Source: Bacteroidota bacterium
Lineage (GTDB): Bacteria > Bacteroidota > Bacteroidia > NS11-12g > UBA955
NCBI GenBank assembly: GCA_013205405.1
Contig: JABMMZ010000015.1
Location: forward strand, 75,586-139,585
DNA: 64,000 nt
Direction: 5' to 3'
Below, piece after piece: positions 45,871-52,791 of this stretch. Below the pieces are notes generated by a model. The model was not told where the DNA came from. It was given only the letters and a program-made list of their open reading frames with translations, and made no database searches. The position numbers were made by a program, and so were the translations under genes. The number at the start of each line of letters is the position of its first letter. Position 1 is the stretch's first letter.

Positions 45871-47091
45871 ATGATAAAAAATAGTTTCATATTTAGTTTG
45901 ATATTTTTTTTACTAAATGTACATGCCCAAAAAAAAGGTTGTACCGATTTGCAAGCTGCTAACTACGACCCTACAGCCATTCAAAATGATGGTTCGTGTG
46001 TGTATAATACCACTAATTATATACCCCAAATAATTTGCAGCAAATTAAGCGATTCCTTAAAAGAAAGCAGTGGTTTATTGAATTATAATAATTGGTTTTG
46101 GTCGCAGGGAGATAGTGGCAATGAACCTACACTGTATGCTTTTGATAGTATTACGGGAAAGATAATTCATCAAACTTTTATAAAAAATTATGCCAATAAA
46201 GATTGGGAGGATATAACCCAAGACTCGTTGCATTTTTATATTGGCGACTTTGGCAATAATGATGGCAATAGAACAGATTTGCTAATTCTTATAGTGAATA
46301 AAGCTGATTTAAAGTTAAACCAAAAGAGAGATAGCTTAGATGCAGCACTTATTAAATTTAGTTTTGCTGACCAAACGAGTTTTGTAACAAGGAGTCAAAA
46401 TCATAATTTTGATATGGAGGCTATGTCTTTTTATAAGGATAGTCTCCATTTATTTAGTAAAAATTGGGTAGATAACAACACAAGGCACTATATATTACCA
46501 GCTATAGCGGGTACTTATAGTTTATCGCCATTAGAAACCTTGGTCGTAGACGGGCAGGTAACAGGTGCTTGCATCAATGCTAAACAAGATAAAATAATAT
46601 TAACGGGTTATAATAAAAGCACGGGTGTGTGTTTTATGCATATGCTCTCAAAGTATCATAATGGGGCTGTATTTAATGGCAATAAACGCAGAATTGGTTT
46701 AGGAAATGCTTTGTCCTTTGGGCAAAATGAAGCAGTTTGTTTTAAGGGTAATACCTTGTATTTTACTAACGAAGAAAAATTTACTTCGGCCAGTTTAAGA
46801 AGGGTAGAAATAGGCCAATGGTTTACAGAGAAGGTAAAGGATACCAATGGATTAAATTTATTGCATATTGAAAGAAATAAGTTTAAGGTATATCAATTAA
46901 AAAGTAATTTAATTATAGAAGGTGAGCCCAGTGCCATTAAGCAGGAGGTTGTTTTGCTGAATACAGAGGGCAAGATAGTACTCAGTAAAATCATGGATAC
47001 TCCCATTGAATATCTGGATATTAAACTACTGCCCAAAGGAATTTATATATTGCGAATAGGCACCTTTTGGCAGAAAGTATGGATAGAGTAG
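45871..47091 (+). CDS. Secreted protein with type-A T9SS C-terminal sorting domain, unknown function
   Basis: 406 aa. Signal peptide. N-terminal GCTDLQAANYDPTAIQNDGSCVY motif. The C-terminal ~80 aa end in LLPKGIYILRIGTFWQKVWIE, typical of Por/T9SS type-A CTDs. Confidence 0.75.
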   Translation: MIKNSFIFSLIFFLLNVHAQKKGCTDLQAANYDPTAIQNDGSCVYNTTNYIPQIICSKLSDSLKESSGLLNYNNWFWSQGDSGNEPTLYAFDSITGKIIHQTFIKNYANKDWEDITQDSLHFYIGDFGNNDGNRTDLLILIVNKADLKLNQKRDSLDAALIKFSFADQTSFVTRSQNHNFDMEAMSFYKDSLHLFSKNWVDNNTRHYILPAIAGTYSLSPLETLVVDGQVTGACINAKQDKIILTGYNKSTGVCFMHMLSKYHNGAVFNGNKRRIGLGNALSFGQNEAVCFKGNTLYFTNEEKFTSASLRRVEIGQWFTEKVKDTNGLNLLHIERNKFKVYQLKSNLIIEGEPSAIKQEVVLLNTEGKIVLSKIMDTPIEYLDIKLLPKGIYILRIGTFWQKVWIE

Positions 47092-47124
47092 AAAGCGTGT
47101 TAAATTTTACCACGCTTTTTTTAT
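47092..47124. terminator. Hairpin terminator shared by the convergent T9SS-cargo gene and nusA
   Basis: AAAGCGTG-(11 nt loop)-CACGCTTT followed by TTTTAT. It starts 1 nt after the plus-strand stop and lies 20 nt from the nusA stop. Confidence 0.65.
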
Positions 47125-47143
47125 GATATGATAACTTATAAAA

Positions 47144-48421
47144 CTATTCGAACTCTGCTTGTAGTATTTTTTTGATTTCTACTACAGTTTCTTCTTCTAG
47201 TTCGGTTCTGCGAACTAGGTCGTCATTGGTGCAGCTTAGAACAGATTTAGCGGTATCTAAGCCTATGTTTTTAAGCTCATCTATTATCCAGCTATCTATT
47301 TCGTCAGCAAATTCTTCTAAGTCGATATCTGAATCATCAAATTCTACATCTTCTCTGTACACCTCTATATCGTAACCTACTAAGCGGCTGGCTAAACGGA
47401 TATTAAAACCGCCTTTACCAATGGCTAAGCTCACTTGGTCGGGGTGTAAAAATACGTTGGCTTTTTTGGTATTTTCATCTAATGTAATGGATGAAATTTT
47501 AGCTGGATTAAGAGCTCTTTGAATAAATAAGGTGCTATTGGTAGTAAAGTTGATAACGTCTATATTTTCGTTTCTCAGCTCGCGCACTATGCTATGTATT
47601 CTGCTACCTTTCATACCCACGCAAGCGCCTACAGGATCTATTCTGTCATCGTAGCTTTCTACGGCTATTTTAGCTCTTTCTCCTGGCTCTCTTACTATTT
47701 TTTTGATAGTTATTAAACCATCTAAAATTTCTGGTACCTCTAGTTCCATTAATTTTTCTAAGAATATAGGAGAGGTACGAGATAATAATATTTTAGGTGT
47801 ACCGTTTAGCATCGTAACTTCGTGAACAATGGCTTTCAAAGTTTCGCCTTTTTTGTAAAAATCTTCGCCTATCATTTCGGTTTTTGGTAATAATAGTTCA
47901 TTGCCATCATCGTCTAATACCATTATTTCTTTTTTCCATATTTGGTATACTTCACCTGTTATTATTTCGCCTACTTTATCGCTGTATTTACGGAACAATT
48001 CGTCTTTCTCTAATTCCATAATTTTGGTCATTAAAGTTTGACGGGCGGCTAATATATTTCTTCTTCCAAAGAAATCCATTGGCACTTGGTCTATAGCATC
48101 TTCACCTAATTGATAATCGGCCTCTAGTTTTCTAGCTTCTGATAGGCTTATTTGTATGTTTTCATCTTCTACTTCGCCTTCGTCTACAATTAAGCGGTTT
48201 CTAAAAATTTCTAAATCACCTTGTTCGGTATTGATGATAACGTCAAAATTTTGATCATCGCCATAACGTTTTTTCAACATATTACGAAATACTTCTTCCA
48301 GCACACGCATAAGCGTTGCACGGTCTATGTTTTTAAATTCTTTAAACTCAGAGAAGGAATCTACCAATCCTCTTACGGTCATTACTTGTGCTGACGGTGC
48401 AGCGGTTGCTTTTTTACTCAT
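47144..48421 (-). CDS. nusA: Transcription termination/antitermination factor NusA
   Basis: 425 aa with S1 and two KH domains (GACVGMKGSRI, AIGKGGFNIRLAS). Acidic C-terminal extension. Confidence 0.95.
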   Translation of the reverse strand: MSKKATAAPSAQVMTVRGLVDSFSEFKEFKNIDRATLMRVLEEVFRNMLKKRYGDDQNFDVIINTEQGDLEIFRNRLIVDEGEVEDENIQISLSEARKLEADYQLGEDAIDQVPMDFFGRRNILAARQTLMTKIMELEKDELFRKYSDKVGEIITGEVYQIWKKEIMVLDDDGNELLLPKTEMIGEDFYKKGETLKAIVHEVTMLNGTPKILLSRTSPIFLEKLMELEVPEILDGLITIKKIVREPGERAKIAVESYDDRIDPVGACVGMKGSRIHSIVRELRNENIDVINFTTNSTLFIQRALNPAKISSITLDENTKKANVFLHPDQVSLAIGKGGFNIRLASRLVGYDIEVYREDVEFDDSDIDLEEFADEIDSWIIDELKNIGLDTAKSVLSCTNDDLVRRTELEEETVVEIKKILQAEFE

Positions 48422-48882
48422 TTGAATGATAAAATTATGTTAGCTTGTTTTATTTGATTGAATTGAATTACACGTTTTATTGGTAATTCTGTTTTTTTAG
48501 GTTTAGGGTTTTCAAAGTATTGAAAAGTAAGATCAGTGGCTTCTATTTTTAATAATTTACCGACTATTTCTGTATCGTCTTCAAGTTTTAATTGAAAAGT
48601 TCTTCCGATATGTTTAGGGTATTGTCTAATGTTTTTAAGGGCACTATCGGCACCCGGTGTAGCCACATCAATGCTGTAATTTTCTTCTTCCGGTATTTGT
48701 TCTTCGGCTCTTTTGTTCAATTGACGACTAACACTGGATATTTGGGCTATACCCAATGGGGCATCTCCATCCAATATAAATTCATGAAAATTTAGATTGT
48801 GTTTTTCTTCAATCAAAAACATATCTGGATACTGACTAAGTACCTCATGAAAAAGCTGCGATAATTTACTGTTCAAACTCAT
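48418..48882 (-). CDS. rimP: Ribosome maturation factor RimP
   Basis: I prefer the start at MSLNSKL (48882). The first 11 codons of the tracked ORF (to 48915) coincide with a GC-rich hairpin. Overlaps nusA by 4 nt. Confidence 0.85.
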   Translation of the reverse strand: MSLNSKLSQLFHEVLSQYPDMFLIEEKHNLNFHEFILDGDAPLGIAQISSVSRQLNKRAEEQIPEEENYSIDVATPGADSALKNIRQYPKHIGRTFQLKLEDDTEIVGKLLKIEATDLTFQYFENPKPKKTELPIKRVIQFNQIKQANIILSFK

Positions 48883-48892
48883 ATAGAAACAA

Positions 48893-48915
48893 GTGAGGGG
48901 CTTAAAGCCCCTCAC
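48893..48915 (-). terminator. GC-rich hairpin: terminator of the upstream gene and/or leader attenuator of rimP-nusA
   Basis: GTGAGGGGC-TTAAA-GCCCCTCAC, a perfect 9-bp stem. On the minus strand it is followed by TTGTTTCTAT and then the rimP ATG. Confidence 0.6.
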
Positions 48916-48935
48916 TCAATTTTTTTAATACACTA

Positions 48936-48943
48936 CAAAATTA
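48936..48943 (-). promoter_or_regulatory. -7 promoter box (TAATTTTG) upstream of the rimP leader hairpin
   Basis: Exact TAnnTTTG on the minus strand. A TTG lies about 19 nt further upstream. This would place the hairpin inside a ~50-nt leader. Confidence 0.35.
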
Positions 48944-48985
48944 ATACTTTTTTATAAAAAAGCAAGTTTTTTTTGAAAAAACGGA

Positions 48986-51900
48986 TTACCTTATCCTAGT
49001 ACTTTCATTGCCAGATGTGGCAGGTACAGCACTTCTAGTAGAGGTGGCAGTGGTACCTGAGCCAGAGTTGCCAGAGTTTTCAGTAGGTTTTGTAGTTCCG
49101 CTAGTGGAATTAGTTCTTTCTTTTGTTTCTGGTTTAGGTGTGCTACTTGGTGTAGAGGAAGGTTGGTTTCTATTGGTTGTAGTTTGTGATAATATTTTAA
49201 GGATTCCAACTCCTAATTTTATTGCGTTACCTACTTTTTCTATTTTTTCAGCACTGCTATAAACTTCATCATCGCTAGTGTTGCTGCATCCATTTGGTCC
49301 ACTGCCTCCATTTTGATGTGGTTGGCCTTCGCTACCATGTTTTGAAAGTCCTCTAATACAAGTGTCTAATTGTTTGCTACATAATTGATTTTTAGCATTT
49401 AAAAAATTGTATTCGGTTAGCAATTGGTTAAATTGAGCAGTAAGTGAAGATACTTTATTTTGCAATGTAGAATTTTGATTATTCAATTCTTGGATAGTTG
49501 CATTTTTGTCTTCAATTTGTTTTTTATACTCATCGCAATTCGTTTCTGTTTGCTTGGCTTTTAAATCGGCAACTTGGTCTTCCAAGTCTGTTTTTTGTTT
49601 ACGTAGTGCATTGGTTACAGCTTCCATACTGTCTAAAGATTTAGTGTATGCTTTAGCAGCATTTTTAAGTACTATTACCTCAGCATTTAAAGCATCTTTG
49701 GCATCATTACAAGCTTTTAATAATTGGTCGTTGTTGCCACCATTATTGTCTTTGCTGTCATTGCATTTTTTAAGTTGAAGTATTAGGCTATCTATTTTAT
49801 TAGTCATGCCATTGATACGTGTATTTTTTTCACCTAAAATTTTTACCATTGCTGCCATTTCAATACTGCAATTTTCTTTTTCATTTTTACATTTTGCTAA
49901 TTGAGCAATGTATGTATCGCAGTTAGTAGTACTTTTTTTGCAATTTTCTAAATCTACAATTGTAGCATTTAATATATTTTGCAAGCTATCCGCTTTTTTG
50001 GCAGCCCATTTAGCATTATTCTCTGCTTTTTCTTTCTCAGTTTTAGCTTTTAATATTTCAGCATCATTTTGGGTGCCGTTGCCTTTTTTGCAATTTTCTA
50101 ACTCTGTATTTCTTTGAACTAAAATAATATTTAAACTATCGGCTGTTTTTTTAGCTTGCACGGTTTCAGCTTTTGCTTTTATTATTTCAGCATTATTGAT
50201 AGTGCCATTCGTTTTTTTGCATTTATCTAATTCACTGTTTAAAACTATTAAAACGCTATTCAGACTATCAATTTTCTTATTGGCTTTTACTAATTTATCC
50301 GCATCATTTCCTTTTATAACTTGTCCGTCTGTTTTTACGTTTTCACTTTTTCTTAAATCTATAATTTCAGTTTTCAAGCGTTCTATTTCAGCTAGGTTTA
50401 ATGCTTTTTCGGTTTCACATTGTTTGCGTTTAGCTAGTTCTCTTTCATACAATTGGCAAGGTGTTAATGGTTTTCCTGTAGCTTCGTCATATTTTATAAC
50501 ATCGTTGCATTTTTTCAAAGATAATATTTCGGCATCTTGCTGTGTTTTATTTCTTTTTAATTCGTCTATTTGTTTTTGGAGAATTAATATTTCGTCTGTT
50601 TGCGTAATAACTTTATTTCTTAAAATAACATTATCAGAGTTTAAAACAGTATTTTGATTTTTACAAATTTTAATAGCTTCAGTTTCGTTGTAAGTTCCTT
50701 TTTCTTTTTCTAAAATTTCTTTTTCACGTTGCTCAAGCTGTTTTTGTTTGGTATTTAAATCTATCTCCTTTTGTTTTAATTCTTTTTCTTTGGTATTGTC
50801 TACTGTCGTTTTAATTATTTTTTCAATGTACACCGTATCGTGTTTAATCACCGTTTTTACTTCTCCTTTTTTTAAATAAACGGTATCACGTTTTATGATT
50901 CTAATAGTATCTTTTTGTACTATCTTAACCGTATCTTTTTGTTTTACAGTATCCTGATATACTGGGTCTACTTTATCCTCGCCCCAAGTTCTATTGCAAT
51001 GGCCAATGCCAAAAGAAATACCACCATAAATATCTGCCCCTCTAAAGTTAGAATTAGAAGATACATTTAATAAACCTCCTAAATTATCAGAACCAAAAAA
51101 TACTGGCCCAACTCTTACATAAGTGCCAATATATACATTTTTATAATTTTCTGATAATGTAATTGGCATGCTAAATTCAAAGCCACGAGATTCAACTCTA
51201 GGTATAATAGATAGCATAGAAGTACTCCGCATACCTGTTGAATTTATGCCTTTTAAACTTTGATTCCAGTACACAGATGTGTAAATATTTTTAGCTAATC
51301 TAAAATCTGCTTGAATGTTTAATGCAGTTGGCAAGCTTGTAGAAAAACCGCTGCTTTTATTGGCGCCCATTTGACCAAATACATTTTTACCTATGGTGTC
51401 TAATGCATTTTGCGTTGGTTGGTTAAATCCGTTTAAAATATTTTTAGAAACACCGATACCACTGTTCGCAGCATTGAATGTGTATTTAGTACTATTTCTA
51501 TTGTATTTTACACCACCAAGGTCATTGATACCCATTGCCAATTTAAAATCATAATCGTTTCTTAAATTATTGTTATTACAGGCTTTGTTTGTTGCATATT
51601 TGCCTTTTTGTGAAGTATAAGAATAGGTTAAACCTAAATCTAATCCGGCACCTGCGCCTTTAGATTGAAGTGTAAAAAGACCATACGGTTTATTGAATGG
51701 TGCCACCACACTTTTATCGTTTGTGTATGCATAATCTAAGCCATTGCTGCCAATAGTTGCAGAATTATTGCCATTAATAGTTAAGTCTAAATTATCGCCT
51801 TTTAAATAGGTAGCGCCTAATCCTCTTATGAATTTAACAGTAAGACCACCATTCCATTGGTGATGTTCAGATTTACTAATGATACCTGCATAGGTAAAAC

Positions 51901-52495
51901 TTAATTCTTGATAACTCTGTGCATTGGAGCCAAATTTTCCATTGCTGTATTTGGTATTGCGTTTTAATGCATCGCTACTACTGTAAATGCCGCCACTACT
52001 ATCTAATCCATTAAATGCCATTCTAGCAAAAGGCTCGCTTATGCCAAATAGTTGCAAACTGCTTCTTTGACGGGTATTGATACTCATACTCGCTTTTTTT
52101 CCTACTGGAAAAAGAAAAGATGGTCCCCAAATATCTTGATTAAAACTAAATTGTTTGTCTTTGCCATTCAAATCTTCTAAAAGCCAATTCTTTTTATAAT
52201 CTGCTTTGCCGTCTATACGGGTATATTGTTGATCGAAATAACTACCATTAGCCCATTCATTTAATTTAATAGGCGCATTGTATTCTAAATAATTATTATA
52301 GAAATTAATACCTCTACCCCAAAAATTAAAGTAATATTTATACTTTGAATCTGCAATAGAAGCTGCGTTATTGTAAACACCATAAGTGCCATTGTAATTG
52401 CCGGTGGTTCTTCCAAGCCATTGCTGTGCATTTGCGTTTGCTGAAATTAGCAATAATACAATGACTAAATTTTGTTTTGTAATGATTTTGAGCAT
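48986..52495 (-). CDS. Large exported chimeric protein: N-terminal beta-barrel-like (DUF5723-like) domain, DTV octad repeats, ~500-aa Cys-studded coiled coil, Ser/Thr/Pro/Gly-rich tail
   Basis: 1169 aa. Signal peptide ...ISANANAQQ. The first ~510 aa are rich in G/Y/N/S beta-strand pattern. Then comes (K/Q)DT(V/I) x5, then heptad-rich K/E/N/L sequence, then a tail PSSTPSSTPKPETKE...SGNSGSGTTATS. No OmpA or T9SS CTD seen. Confidence 0.8.
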   Translation of the reverse strand: MLKIITKQNLVIVLLLISANANAQQWLGRTTGNYNGTYGVYNNAASIADSKYKYYFNFWGRGINFYNNYLEYNAPIKLNEWANGSYFDQQYTRIDGKADYKKNWLLEDLNGKDKQFSFNQDIWGPSFLFPVGKKASMSINTRQRSSLQLFGISEPFARMAFNGLDSSGGIYSSSDALKRNTKYSNGKFGSNAQSYQELSFTYAGIISKSEHHQWNGGLTVKFIRGLGATYLKGDNLDLTINGNNSATIGSNGLDYAYTNDKSVVAPFNKPYGLFTLQSKGAGAGLDLGLTYSYTSQKGKYATNKACNNNNLRNDYDFKLAMGINDLGGVKYNRNSTKYTFNAANSGIGVSKNILNGFNQPTQNALDTIGKNVFGQMGANKSSGFSTSLPTALNIQADFRLAKNIYTSVYWNQSLKGINSTGMRSTSMLSIIPRVESRGFEFSMPITLSENYKNVYIGTYVRVGPVFFGSDNLGGLLNVSSNSNFRGADIYGGISFGIGHCNRTWGEDKVDPVYQDTVKQKDTVKIVQKDTIRIIKRDTVYLKKGEVKTVIKHDTVYIEKIIKTTVDNTKEKELKQKEIDLNTKQKQLEQREKEILEKEKGTYNETEAIKICKNQNTVLNSDNVILRNKVITQTDEILILQKQIDELKRNKTQQDAEILSLKKCNDVIKYDEATGKPLTPCQLYERELAKRKQCETEKALNLAEIERLKTEIIDLRKSENVKTDGQVIKGNDADKLVKANKKIDSLNSVLIVLNSELDKCKKTNGTINNAEIIKAKAETVQAKKTADSLNIILVQRNTELENCKKGNGTQNDAEILKAKTEKEKAENNAKWAAKKADSLQNILNATIVDLENCKKSTTNCDTYIAQLAKCKNEKENCSIEMAAMVKILGEKNTRINGMTNKIDSLILQLKKCNDSKDNNGGNNDQLLKACNDAKDALNAEVIVLKNAAKAYTKSLDSMEAVTNALRKQKTDLEDQVADLKAKQTETNCDEYKKQIEDKNATIQELNNQNSTLQNKVSSLTAQFNQLLTEYNFLNAKNQLCSKQLDTCIRGLSKHGSEGQPHQNGGSGPNGCSNTSDDEVYSSAEKIEKVGNAIKLGVGILKILSQTTTNRNQPSSTPSSTPKPETKERTNSTSGTTKPTENSGNSGSGTTATSTRSAVPATSGNESTRIR
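49915..50280 (-). repeat. Three diverged tandem coding repeats (~43-49 aa) inside the coiled coil
   Basis: KIDSLNSVLIVLNSELDKCKKTNGTINNAEIIKAK / TADSLNIILVQRNTELENCKKGNGTQNDAEILKAK / KADSLQNILNATIVDLENCKKSTTNCD. The matching DNA motif TTTTTTGCA(A/T)TT recurs at about 130-150 nt spacing. Confidence 0.6.
50825..50960 (-). repeat. Five short 'DTV/DTI' coding repeats (mostly 8 aa apart)
   Basis: QDTVKQK-DTVKIVQK-DTIRIIKR-DTVYLKK...KH-DTVYIEK. On the plus strand, (A/C)(C/A)(C/G/T)GTATC recurs about every 24 nt. Confidence 0.6.
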
Positions 52496-52668
52496 AATAA
52501 TTAATTGTCTTTAAAATGGTTAATGTTTTAAAGAAGGTGCAAAGCACATCTTCTTTTTTGTATAATTCAAGTATTATGCCAAAAATTAGACACAGCAGTT
52601 AAACCCTTGTAGTACTTAGCAATTTTTAATTATTTAAAGTAATATAAAAATATTAATATTGTAAAGTT

Positions 52669-52687
52669 TAGCAATAAATGATTGCTA
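52669..52687. promoter_or_regulatory. Perfect palindrome TAGCAAT-N5-ATTGCTA, candidate operator upstream of the TonB-dependent receptor gene
   Basis: 7-bp inverted repeat arms with a 5-nt spacer, about 105 nt upstream of the ATG at 52792, in a 296-bp divergent intergenic region. Confidence 0.3.
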
Positions 52688-52791
52688 TTTATAAAAGTGA
52701 AAGAAATTTTTTTTGCCATAATATTATTTTTTCTTTGGGTTTTTTAACTCAATTTTTATGTTACATGTTTTCAATTGGCTAAATATAATTA

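Noticed and set aside
49008-50657. Four plus-strand ORFs (84, 90, 69 and 153 aa) inside the 1169-aa gene
   Set aside because: They are antisense to a Lys/Glu/Asn-rich coiled-coil coding region. AAA/GAA/AAT codons read as stop-free TTT/TTC/ATT on the other strand. The products are low-complexity Phe/Leu/Ser strings with no start context.
52496-52791. Possible riboswitch (cobalamin or TPP) in front of the TonB-dependent receptor gene
   Set aside because: I could not find the B12-box or the TPP CTGAGA/ACCTGA core motifs. Only generic hairpins are present.
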